Numbered from the stretch's first letter, positions 1 through 8,611 are shown. The stretch is DNA of 32,586 nt from Pirellulales bacterium (GCA_044370205.1 JBILVW010000003.1:1-32586); one strand, 5' to 3'. Notes: generated from the sequence alone by a model not told the origin. Translations and numbers: made by a program.

Positions 1-645
1 GAACTTGACGAGCTCCGCGAGCATCACGTAGCCGATGGCGAGCCCGAAGAGCAGCCGCAGCGAATTGAAAATCGAGGGCGCTGCCAGCGGCACGAGCACC
101 TTGCGGATGATCTGCCAGCGCGAGGCGCCGAGCGTCAGCGCCGTATCGACGTATCGCTGCGGCACCTCGAGCACGGCCGTCGTGGTGTCGCCGATCACGA
201 AGGCCACGCTCGCGATGAACAGGAACATCACCTTCTGAAACTCGCCGATTCCGAACAGGAAGAACGTGAGCGGAATGAGCGCCGCCACCGGAATGTTGCG
301 GCCGAACACGTTGAGCGGCACGAGAAACGCCCGCACCGCCGGAAAGCAGGCCGCCGCCACGCCGAGCGGCACGCCGACCGCCGCGCTCAGGCCGAAGCCA
401 AGGCCGACGCGGCCGAGCGTCACGAGCGTGTTGGCGAGGAGCCGCCGCTGGCCGAACACCTGCGGAATCGCCTGCACAGTCTCGACCGGGCTCGGCAGCA
501 TCGTGGGGCTGACGAGCCGGGCCTCGGCATCACCGGCCGTGACCATGAACCAGGCCGCGAGCACCAGACCCACGCAGGTGATGGCCCAGAGGGCGGCGGT
601 GGCCGCGGGTATCTCGCCGCGAAGCGGGGCCGGTGGCGCGGTCAT
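1..645 (-). CDS. ABC transporter permease, SsuC/TauC (NitT/TauT) type; 3' end beyond window
   Basis: Not in the ORF track; translated by hand from ATG at 645 (ATGA overlap with upstream stop): MTAPPAPLRGEIP...LPSPVETV...TLGRVGLGFGLSAAVGVPLG...IPVAALIPL...FGIGEFQK...YVDTALTLGASRWQIIRKVLVP (EAA-like loop). Several TM segments; frame open to base 1. Confidence 0.9.
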   Translation of the reverse strand, partial: MTAPPAPLRGEIPAATAALWAITCVGLVLAAWFMVTAGDAEARLVSPTMLPSPVETVQAIPQVFGQRRLLANTLVTLGRVGLGFGLSAAVGVPLGVAAACFPAVRAFLVPLNVFGRNIPVAALIPLTFFLFGIGEFQKVMFLFIASVAFVIGDTTTAVLEVPQRYVDTALTLGASRWQIIRKVLVPLAAPSIFNSLRLLFGLAIGYVMLAELVKF

Positions 646-2435
646 TCCTTTTCCGCGGAGTAGACCTTGATCTCCACGCGGCGATTGAGCGCGTGGTTGT
701 CGGGCTGCTCGGGGTCGGCGGGCCGGTCCCAGCCGATGCCGTCGACGGCAAACCGGTTCTCGTCGAACTCGTACTTGCCCACGAGCGACTCCTTCACGGA
801 GCCGGCCCGCTGCCGCGAGAGCTCCTTCACCATCGCCGGCGGCACCTGCCCCTTCATCGACGAGTCGGTGTGGCCCTCGATCACGATCCGGGAGTTGCCG
901 AACTGCTTCGCCAGCGCCCCCACCTCGTCGAGCACCAGATCGACGCTCGGGTCGTAGGGCTCCTCGACGTCCTTGCCGTCGATGCGGCGCACGATCTTCT
1001 TCCGGATGTCCCAACTGTTGGGAAAGAAGTGGATCACGACCGTGTTGGTGAGGATCTCCTCGTTCTCGGCCCGGATCTGCGAGAGCGTCTTGGGGGGCAG
1101 GGCCTTGACGTATTCGTCTTTCGTCTCGGCATACTTCTTCTCCGCGCCCAGCTTCTGGATCACCGAGAAATCCATCACCTGGTCGAATGCCACCGGCGGA
1201 TTGGTGATCGCGCCGATGCGGCGGTAGAGGTAGTAGGCCTGCTTCCAGATCCGCTCGAAGTTGGCGGGGTTGTTGCGGTTGATGAAGAACTGGTAGTTCT
1301 CGGCCCAGTTGGTCGAGTGGGCGTCGCCGAGCATGGCCAGCGTGTCGGTGGCGGGGATGTTGTAGCCCGCGGCCATCAGCTCCGCGACCTTGGCCTTGGC
1401 CCCCTCCGTCTTGAGCGCCGCCATGGCGTCGAAGATGCCCCGCACGATCGCCTCGATCTTGTCGGGGTGGTCCTTGGCGAAGTCGGCCCGGGCGAACCAG
1501 ACGTCGGCGATCAGCCGGTTGGCCGTCTGGGTCGTGACGAGCATCCGGTTGCCCTTGGCCTTCTCCAGGTTGTAGATGTCGGGAGCCCACGATACGCAGC
1601 CCGCCAGCTCCTTCTGGGCGTTGAACGCCGCCGCGGCCTGGAAGGCGTCGTCGGTGTAGACCATGTCGACGTCGCCCGGCTGCAGCCCGCCGGCCACCAG
1701 CATGTTGAGGGCGAAGAACTGGCTCGGCGAGTTCTGGGCCAGCACGAGCTTCTTGCCGGCGAGATCCTTGACCGTCTTGATCGACTCCCGCACGACGATG
1801 CCGTCGCCACCGTTCGAGAAATCGACCTGTTGGAAGATCCGCGGCATGACGCGGGAGTCCTTCGGGGCGCCGGTGCGATCGACGAGCCCCTCGAGAAACA
1901 AGGGCACCATGTCGAGCGTGCCCCAGCCGATGTGCACCTCGCCGGCGGCGTAGGCATCCCGCATCGTCACGGGATTGTCGATGAGCACGAGTTCGACCTT
2001 GAAGGGCTTGCCGCCCGGTGACTGCCAGACCTTGCCCGCCTTGAAGCCGTCGTTGGCGTAGATGATCGGCGCCCAGCCGGCCCAGACGTTGAGGGCGAAC
2101 CGCACCGTCTCGTTCTCGAGCGGCTTGTAGGCACTCGTGCCCTTCACCGGCGGCAGCTTCTCCGCCGGCTTGAACGAATATTCCTTCACGGTCGTGGGCA
2201 CCGCCTCGTCCGACGCCTCGAAGAAGACGCCCTCGCCCCCCTCGCCACCGGCACCGGTCCCCTCACCCCCGGCGGGACCACCACCCGGCGCTCCGGCCCC
2301 GCGCTGGGCCACGGCCCCCGGCCGGCCGAGCCCGAACGGCTCGAGCATGCCGGCCCGCCAGGCCGCGAGGCCCACGAGCCCGAGGATCATCGCCCACACT
2401 GCCAGCCAGAACGGAGCCTTGGGTTCGCTCGCCAT
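642..2435 (-). CDS. Membrane-anchored ABC substrate-binding protein (SsuA/NMT1-THI5-like) fused to C-terminal OmpA-like peptidoglycan-binding domain
   Basis: N-terminal hydrophobic helix, Gly-rich linker, SBP motifs (WAGWAP, DFSNGGDGIV, IKTVKDLAGKK, VSWAP) and OmpA_C motifs (IEGHTDS, LSRQRA, NRRVEI). Confidence 0.88.
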   Translation of the reverse strand: MASEPKAPFWLAVWAMILGLVGLAAWRAGMLEPFGLGRPGAVAQRGAGAPGGGPAGGEGTGAGGEGGEGVFFEASDEAVPTTVKEYSFKPAEKLPPVKGTSAYKPLENETVRFALNVWAGWAPIIYANDGFKAGKVWQSPGGKPFKVELVLIDNPVTMRDAYAAGEVHIGWGTLDMVPLFLEGLVDRTGAPKDSRVMPRIFQQVDFSNGGDGIVVRESIKTVKDLAGKKLVLAQNSPSQFFALNMLVAGGLQPGDVDMVYTDDAFQAAAAFNAQKELAGCVSWAPDIYNLEKAKGNRMLVTTQTANRLIADVWFARADFAKDHPDKIEAIVRGIFDAMAALKTEGAKAKVAELMAAGYNIPATDTLAMLGDAHSTNWAENYQFFINRNNPANFERIWKQAYYLYRRIGAITNPPVAFDQVMDFSVIQKLGAEKKYAETKDEYVKALPPKTLSQIRAENEEILTNTVVIHFFPNSWDIRKKIVRRIDGKDVEEPYDPSVDLVLDEVGALAKQFGNSRIVIEGHTDSSMKGQVPPAMVKELSRQRAGSVKESLVGKYEFDENRFAVDGIGWDRPADPEQPDNHALNRRVEIKVYSAEKE

Positions 2436-2498
2436 CGCTCGATGCCTCGTCTTCGGGATTGGGTCTGGGAGATTGGGCTGGGGGATTGGAATGCGGCC

Positions 2499-2804
2499 TC
2501 AGCCGCGGAACTTCGTCACCGGCCGGGACTTGCCCGCCATGTGCATGGCGTTCATCAGGTCGTAGGCCGTCACCTCGCAGAGCAGCTTGGTCACGAGCTC
2601 GTGGGCCTCCGGCGACAGATGCGGCTCGACCTCCTTCATGAGTTCGACGACCCGCTTCTCCTGCTTGTCGAGTTCCTTCGAGTCGACCTTCCCGTCGGCG
2701 ACCACGTCAAGAAACGAGTCGAGCTTGCGGGCGTATTCGGCGAGCAGGGGGGCGTCGCTCGCATCGTCGAACCACGGGGTCTTGCCTGGTGATGCCTTGG
2801 CCAT
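2499..2804 (-). CDS. Small alpha-helical hypothetical protein (101 aa) in the PspA/AAA operon
   Basis: AAGGAG RBS at 2815-2820; 27 nt downstream of the AAA gene; protein-like composition with an ADGKVD turn between predicted helices. Confidence 0.8.
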   Translation of the reverse strand: MAKASPGKTPWFDDASDAPLLAEYARKLDSFLDVVADGKVDSKELDKQEKRVVELMKEVEPHLSPEAHELVTKLLCEVTAYDLMNAMHMAGKSRPVTKFRG

Positions 2805-2831
2805 GGTGGTCTGTCTCCTTCGGGGGTGTCG

Positions 2832-4736
2832 TCACGAACCGATCACGTCGCGGATCGCCGCGAGCCGTTCCTGCAGGCGGGATCGCCCGCCCGGCTCGTT
2901 CACTTTTTGCTTCCAGCGTTCGGGCAGGAACCGCTTCTCGGTGCACTCGAGCACCGCCGCGATCTCCTGCATCTCCTTCTCGAGGCCCTGGGCGCTCGGC
3001 ATGAAGTCGTCGAGCGCCTCCTTCAGGTCCTCCGCCGAGATCGTATCCGGCGCGGGCTGGCCGGCGTCGGCCGCCCGCTCGAGACCCTTCCGCCGCGCGG
3101 CGAGCACCACGCTCTCGATGTCGGCGCCGGAGAGTCCAAGCGAGAGATCCACCGGGCCGGGCAGACCGGGCGCGAGCTTCACCCGACACTTCCTGGCCAT
3201 CGCCGTGAACATCGCGTCTATCTCCGCCTGGTCGTGCGGATAGAAGAGCGGGATGTGAACCTCGGCCCGGCCCTGCCGCTTGAGGTCGATCGGCAGGAGG
3301 TCGGGGCGGCTCGTGAGCAGCATCCACAGGATCTTGCCCCGGTAGCGGGTGTCGCCCATCTGCCGGGCGATCATCGAGAACACGCGGGCACTCGTGCCGG
3401 AGTCGCCCCCCTGGTCGCGGTTGCCGAGGGCCGCGTCGGCCTCGTCGATGATCACGACCACGGGACCGAGGCTGCGAAGGACGTCGAGAGCGTGCTCGAG
3501 GTTGCCCTCGGTCTCGCCCACGTACTTGCTGCGGAAGTTCTTGAGCACGGCGCAGGGGATGCCGACGCTGCCGGCGTAACACTCGCCGATGAAGCTCTTG
3601 CCGGTGCCCACCGGGCCGCAGATGAGATAGCCCATCGGGGCGCTCTCGAGTTGGCCCCGCTGGATGGCCCGGGCGTCGGCCTGGAGCCGGGCCTTCGCCG
3701 CCTCGTGGCCCGCGACGGCGTCGAGCGTCAGCCGGGGCTGGATGAACTCCACGAGCCCCTGGCACGACCGCTCGATCATGTCCTTCTTGCGGGCCGCGAA
3801 CTCCGGACCGTCTGGAGCCGTGCCCTCGCGGGCGGAGAGCGAGATCACGGCGCGAAGGCTCTCGAGCGTGAGGCCGCCGGAGAGGGCCGCCACCCGCTTC
3901 ACACCATCCAGCCGCTCGGCCGGCATCCCCGCCGCCCCGGCGGTCGCCAGGGCGAACCGCTCCCGCTCGGATGGATCGGGCAGTGGTACGTCGATCGCCG
4001 TCACCGCCGGATTCGTCGCCAGCCGCGGGTGCACCTCGGCGAGCGCATCGGCAAGCATCACGACGGCCACGTTCACCCGCCGCAGCAGCGGATTCGATGC
4101 CCAGCCGAGAATCCGCACGAGCCTGCCGGCACCGGCACGGGCCGAGGCCTCACCCGCGGGGGCGAGATACTGGGCGTAGTCGAGCACGATCGCGATCCGC
4201 TTCCGCTGCTCGGGCGGGTCCATCAGGTTCCGCTCGAGCAGGGCGTCGATCGCGGCGATCGCCTGATCGGGATCCCGCGGCCAGCTTGCGGCGTTGCCGA
4301 GTCGCTCGGTGAGCCACTGGGCCATCGTGCGGAGGCGGGCGGGATCTGGGCCGGCCAGCGGCCGCAGGCCCTTGCCTACGTCGTAGGCGATCACGATGTC
4401 CCAGCGGCCGAACATCTCGCGGGCCAGAAAGTCGGGCACAGTGCCCCAGGCAGCCACGTCATCCCGGCCGCCTGCCGCGGCAGGCGCCGCGATCGGCACG
4501 AGATCCCGCACGTTGCCGTGCAGCATGAAGACGCAGCTCGTACCGGAGAGATAGACGTCGCCGAGCCGTTCGGCCCAAGCGGGGCACCAGTCGGGCAGCG
4601 AGGCCGATCCGCCCGGCGCCGCGGCCGCCGCACCGAGCGGCCCTGCCGGCGCAGTGGGAGTTCCTGCCGGCGTACCGGGGGCCGCGTCGGCCGAGCGTAC
4701 GGCGGATGGATCGGTCGTGGTGGCGGAATTCGTCAC
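2832..4736 (-). CDS. AAA+ ATPase with degenerate N-terminal and intact C-terminal classical AAA domain
   Basis: C-terminal Walker A GPVGTGKS, pore loop SKYVGETE, Walker B IIDEAD, SRH DLKRQGR, lid GLSGADIE. N-terminal half has degenerate equivalents (FMLHGNVRD, IVLDYAQYL). GTG start uncertain. Confidence 0.9.
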   Translation of the reverse strand: MTNSATTTDPSAVRSADAAPGTPAGTPTAPAGPLGAAAAAPGGSASLPDWCPAWAERLGDVYLSGTSCVFMLHGNVRDLVPIAAPAAAGGRDDVAAWGTVPDFLAREMFGRWDIVIAYDVGKGLRPLAGPDPARLRTMAQWLTERLGNAASWPRDPDQAIAAIDALLERNLMDPPEQRKRIAIVLDYAQYLAPAGEASARAGAGRLVRILGWASNPLLRRVNVAVVMLADALAEVHPRLATNPAVTAIDVPLPDPSERERFALATAGAAGMPAERLDGVKRVAALSGGLTLESLRAVISLSAREGTAPDGPEFAARKKDMIERSCQGLVEFIQPRLTLDAVAGHEAAKARLQADARAIQRGQLESAPMGYLICGPVGTGKSFIGECYAGSVGIPCAVLKNFRSKYVGETEGNLEHALDVLRSLGPVVVIIDEADAALGNRDQGGDSGTSARVFSMIARQMGDTRYRGKILWMLLTSRPDLLPIDLKRQGRAEVHIPLFYPHDQAEIDAMFTAMARKCRVKLAPGLPGPVDLSLGLSGADIESVVLAARRKGLERAADAGQPAPDTISAEDLKEALDDFMPSAQGLEKEMQEIAAVLECTEKRFLPERWKQKVNEPGGRSRLQERLAAIRDVIGS

Positions 4737-4763
4737 GAGGGCCCTCGATGGATCGCGGCAGAA

Positions 4764-5513
4764 TCAGCCCTGAGTCTGCCGGGCCCGCTCGGTGCCCAGT
4801 TCCTTGTCGTCGGCCGACACGCCGGCCGTTTCCGGCGTCACCATGCCCATCTCGATCTCGAACTCGCGGAGCGCCTTGTCGGCCATCGCGTTCTCGACCG
4901 CCTGCTCCTGCTTGATCGTCTCGAGTCCCTCACCCGACAGGTCGGCCGCCACCCGCACCTTCGCACGGTTGAGGCCGATCTTGTCCTGGATCACGTCCTC
5001 GATCTGGCCGAAGTCAGTGGTGATGTCGAAGTTGAAGCTGTGGGCGAGCTTCGCCAACTCGGCCTCGGCGCGGGAGAGCTTCAGCTCGGCGTCGTACTTC
5101 TGGATCTTCTGCTTGAGGTCGGCGAGCTTCTTGGTGGCATGCTTGATCTTCGTCACGTTGTTGTCGTAGGCCGTCTCGTGCAGCTTGAGCTGGGCCTCGT
5201 TCTCGGCCAGCTCCTTCTTCGCCTTCTGAAGCTCGAGGGCGAACTTCGACGCGGTCTCCCGCTCGCCCGCCTGGAGGTAGGCCTTGATCCGGGCCTCCAG
5301 CGACTCGACGTGCTGCCGATCGCCGTTCACCTGCCGCGTCACCCGCTCGACGAGCGCCCGATACTGCTCGAGTCCCTCACGGCCGTCCTTCATCTGATCG
5401 ACGGCCTTGTCGTATTCATACTGCAGCTGCGCGATCGGATCGGCCGTCCAGAAGAAGTTGGCGACCTTGTTCATCTGGGCCGCGAGGGCCTTCCAAAGCT
5501 TCCCCAGGATCAT
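4764..5513 (-). CDS. PspA/IM30 (Vipp1/ESCRT-III superfamily) protein
   Basis: ATG at 5513 with GGAG RBS. Amphipathic N-terminal helix MILGKLWKALAAQMNK, then ADPIAQLQYEY, long coiled-coil hairpin (AYLQAGERETASKFA) and C-terminal DKALREFE helix; 249 aa. Confidence 0.85.
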   Translation of the reverse strand: MILGKLWKALAAQMNKVANFFWTADPIAQLQYEYDKAVDQMKDGREGLEQYRALVERVTRQVNGDRQHVESLEARIKAYLQAGERETASKFALELQKAKKELAENEAQLKLHETAYDNNVTKIKHATKKLADLKQKIQKYDAELKLSRAEAELAKLAHSFNFDITTDFGQIEDVIQDKIGLNRAKVRVAADLSGEGLETIKQEQAVENAMADKALREFEIEMGMVTPETAGVSADDKELGTERARQTQG

Positions 5514-5748
5514 GGGTCGGTATCTCCGCAGGACGGACCGGGTGGAAAGAATTCGGGGACGGAAACCGCTGCCGCCCGCAGCGTCGTGATACCGCTGCCG
5601 TGGGGCTGCGTCAATCAGCCCGCAGGGTTGAGCGAATGAAGCGCATCGCCGGCTTCGGGGGCGGTACAAGTCTCGTCGCGGTGGGCCGCGGCCCGCCCAA
5701 TGCTCCTCGAGCTTGCACCGACCCCCTTCGCCTACCGTGCTCGCCTGC

Positions 5749-7014
5749 CTACCGGCTCACGGTCGCCTCGGGCCGGGCCTGGGAGAGCCGGGCGACGCCC
5801 GCGTCCGTGACCGCCGTGAAGGCGAGGGCCAGCGACCGGAGCGCCGGTAGTTTGGCGACCGCGTCGAGGGCGGCGTCGGTGACCTTCGTGCCGGTGAGGG
5901 TGAGGGCCGTGAGCTTCTCCAGCCGGGCGAGCCTGGCGATGCCCGCATCGGTCACGGCGGTGTTCTGCAGGTTGAGCTTGGCGAGCGCGGCGAGCGAGCC
6001 CACCGCCTCCATGCCGGTATCGCCGACTTTCGTGTCCCACAGATCGAGTTCTGCGAGTCTGGCCAGGCCGGTCAGATGGGCGACGCCCGTGTCGCCGACG
6101 CTCGTCTCGGCAAGGTCGAGCAGCACGAGGTTGGGAAGTTTGCCCACGTGGACGAGCCCGTCATCCCCGACGAGCGTACCCCGCAGCTCCAGCCGCTTGA
6201 GCTTCGTGAGCCCGGCGAGGTGCGCGAGCCCGTCGTCCCCCACGAACGTCCGCATGATGTTGATCTCGTCGAGATCGCTCTTGGCGGCGAACGGAGCGAG
6301 CCCCGCATCGGTGACCTGGCCGTCCTCCGCCGCGAAGCCGCGGAGCTTCGGCAGCGTGGCGAGATGGGCGAGTCCCGCGTCGGTGACGCTCGGACAGCGG
6401 AGCTTCACCCGTTCCAGGCTCTGCAGCTTCGCGATCTGCTCGCAGCCGGCGTCGGTGATCTGGGCGCAGCCGCGGAGATCGAGCACCCGCAGCTTCTGGA
6501 GTGGCGCGAGGTGGGCGAGGCCGGCGTCGGTGAAGTTGTTGTAGAGGAGCACGAGCTGCTCGAGCGTGGCGAGCCGAGCGAGCGACTGGAGAGCCGCGTC
6601 GCTGAGGTTCGACGACCGCCGCAGGTTGAGCACACGCAACGCGGGGAGCGTGGCGATCTCGGCCGCACCGGCATCGGTGATGTCGGTGTTCTCGAGCGCC
6701 AGTTGCGTCAGCCCGGCCATCCTCGCGATCGCGGCCATGCCCGCGTCGGAAATTTCGGCCCCCCACACCTCGAGTGCAGATAGTTTCGGGAGCTCGGCCA
6801 ACACGGCGAGATCGGCGTCGGTGGCGGGCCGCTCCGCCAGATCGACCGCTTTCACGTGGCCGGCGTCGTCATAGGCGATCGACCCGCCGCGGGTCTCGAC
6901 GAGGGCCACGGCCTTCGCCTCGGCCGGCAGCGGCGCCGCCTGGGCCCACGATGCCACAGCGGCTACCGCCAGGACGAGCGCACAACCTCTCCGGCAGTAC
7001 TCGATAATGCTCAT
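5749..7014 (-). CDS. Secreted leucine-rich repeat protein
   Basis: ATG at 7014 with GAGGAG RBS; signal peptide ending AQA; about a dozen ~24-aa repeats of LxxLxLxxTxVTDAGLxxLxxL. Confidence 0.9.
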   Translation of the reverse strand: MSIIEYCRRGCALVLAVAAVASWAQAAPLPAEAKAVALVETRGGSIAYDDAGHVKAVDLAERPATDADLAVLAELPKLSALEVWGAEISDAGMAAIARMAGLTQLALENTDITDAGAAEIATLPALRVLNLRRSSNLSDAALQSLARLATLEQLVLLYNNFTDAGLAHLAPLQKLRVLDLRGCAQITDAGCEQIAKLQSLERVKLRCPSVTDAGLAHLATLPKLRGFAAEDGQVTDAGLAPFAAKSDLDEINIMRTFVGDDGLAHLAGLTKLKRLELRGTLVGDDGLVHVGKLPNLVLLDLAETSVGDTGVAHLTGLARLAELDLWDTKVGDTGMEAVGSLAALAKLNLQNTAVTDAGIARLARLEKLTALTLTGTKVTDAALDAVAKLPALRSLALAFTAVTDAGVARLSQARPEATVSR

Positions 7015-7028
7015 CAATCGCTCCTCTG

Positions 7029-8435
7029 TCAGACCGTCCAACCCGGACGGTAGAGCGGCCGGATCACCTGATCCACTTCCGGCGCGTTGGTGGCAACGAG
7101 CTTCACCGAATCCCACTCGATCTTCTTGCCGGGGGTCTCGGCGACATCGGCCGCCCAGACGGCGAGGTTACCCAGCAGGATCGTCTCCGTGAGCGGGCCG
7201 GCGTAGTCGGGGAAGTTGCTCACCGCCGCCGGGCCGCCCTTGATGGCATTGACCCATTCGACGAAGTGGCCGGGCGACTTCTCGAAGGCGAACTCGCCCA
7301 CTTCCTTGCCACTCTTGAGCTGCATGCCACCGCAGTAGTCGCCCGGAGCGTAGAGCACGTCCTGGTCGCCGATGATGAGCGTTCCACTGGCCTGCGCCTT
7401 GAACGGCTGCTCCTCCTCCTTGCCCTCGGCGTTCTTCTTCATCTCGCCGCGGAAGCCGGCGAAGAGGGCCTGGTCGGGCAGCTTGCCGCCGTCATACCAC
7501 TTCACCTTCACCGGGGCCCGGCCGCCGAGAGCCGGGAAGTCGAAGTCGATGATCGACCACTTCGGGTAGCTGTCGCCGTTGTGGCCGCTCGTCGTCGCCT
7601 GCACGCTGGCGGGATCACGGAGCATGAGGGCCATGAACGGCATGTTGAACGTGTGGCAGGCCATGTCGCCGAGGGCGCCCGAGCCGAAGTCCCAGAAGCC
7701 GCGCCAGGCGAACGGGTGGTAGCCGGCGCCGTAGGGTCGGGCGGGAGACGGTCCCAGCCACAGATCCCACGAGATGTGCGGCGGCACCTTGGCGCCGGCG
7801 GGACGATTGCCCCCCTGCGCCCAAACCGGCCGATTGGTCCAGACGTGCACTTCCTTCACGGTTCCCAGGGCACCCGACTTGATGAACGCCGCGGCCTTGC
7901 GGAGCGGGTCGCCGGCCGTGCCCTGGTTGCCCATCTGGGTGGCCACCTTCTGCGAGCGGGCCAGTTCACCGAGCAGCCGAGCCTCGGAGATCGCCCGGGT
8001 GAGCGGCTTCTGACAGAAGCAGTGCTTCCCCATCTGCATCGCCATGGCGGCGGCGGTGATGTGGGTGTGGTCAGGCGTGCTGACGGTGACGGCATCGAAC
8101 TCCTTGCCCATCTCGTCGAGCATCCTGCGGAAGTCGGCGTATTGCTTCGCAGCCTCGAACGCCTTCTCGCCCCGCTTCAGCTGGTTGGAGTCGATGTCGG
8201 CGACGGCCACGACCTTGCCGCTGCGGCCGGCGTCGGCCGAGTCGCTCTGCCCCTTGCCGCCGATGCCGATGCAGGCAAACCGGATCTCCTCGTTGGCGCT
8301 CGTGGCGGGCTTGTCGTCGCCACGCACCTCGGGGGCGATCCAGTAGCCGCCAGCGGCGGCCGAGGCGACGGCCATGAAGTCGCGGCGAGAGGGGGCGAAC
8401 AGCGGGCGGGACGAGGAACGGCGGGAACGCGTCAT
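7029..8435 (-). CDS. Tat-exported Gfo/Idh/MocA family oxidoreductase
   Basis: Twin-arginine SRRDFM; Rossmann IGIGGKG; STPDHTH; CQKP; GALGDMACH; start taken at ATG 8435. Confidence 0.92.
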   Translation of the reverse strand: MTRSRRSSSRPLFAPSRRDFMAVASAAAGGYWIAPEVRGDDKPATSANEEIRFACIGIGGKGQSDSADAGRSGKVVAVADIDSNQLKRGEKAFEAAKQYADFRRMLDEMGKEFDAVTVSTPDHTHITAAAMAMQMGKHCFCQKPLTRAISEARLLGELARSQKVATQMGNQGTAGDPLRKAAAFIKSGALGTVKEVHVWTNRPVWAQGGNRPAGAKVPPHISWDLWLGPSPARPYGAGYHPFAWRGFWDFGSGALGDMACHTFNMPFMALMLRDPASVQATTSGHNGDSYPKWSIIDFDFPALGGRAPVKVKWYDGGKLPDQALFAGFRGEMKKNAEGKEEEQPFKAQASGTLIIGDQDVLYAPGDYCGGMQLKSGKEVGEFAFEKSPGHFVEWVNAIKGGPAAVSNFPDYAGPLTETILLGNLAVWAADVAETPGKKIEWDSVKLVATNAPEVDQVIRPLYRPGWTV

Positions 8436-8510
8436 CGCGGCGGGCTCCAAAAAGGTGGGAAATTCGCGGCGGACGACATTCCTTCGCCGCCGCGGCAGGA
8501 TTCGCGAAAG

Positions 8511-8585
8511 GGTGACTGACGGGACTCGAACCCGCGACCCTCGGTACCACAAACCGATGCTCTAACCAGCTGAGCTACAGCCACC
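8511..8585 (-). tRNA. tRNA-His (GTG)
   Basis: Cloverleaf: acceptor GTGGCTG/CAGTCAC, D arm GCTC/GAGC, anticodon stem TCGGT/ACCGA with loop TTGTGGT, T loop TTCGAGT. Encoded G-1 opposite C73; CCA not encoded. Confidence 0.97.
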
Positions 8586-8602
8586 ACGATAGGTCGACGT
8601 GA

Positions 8603-8611
8603 AGTGTAACA
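8603..8611 (-). promoter_or_regulatory. Putative extended -10 element of tRNA-His promoter
   Basis: TGTTACACT (TGn + TACACT) in an AT-rich patch 17 nt upstream of the tRNA. Confidence 0.45.

Noticed and set aside
633-5639. Long plus-strand ORFs 633..2021 and 2826..5639
   Set aside because: Antisense shadows of well-supported minus-strand genes, expected with high GC3; no motifs.
5514-5748. Sigma54 promoter as in enterobacterial pspA
   Set aside because: No TGGCAC-N5-TTGC match found on the minus strand and no pspF in the window.
8511-8585. Missing CCA and extra G-1 in tRNA-His as anomalies
   Set aside because: Encoded G-1 is normal for bacterial tRNA-His and CCA is often added post-transcriptionally.
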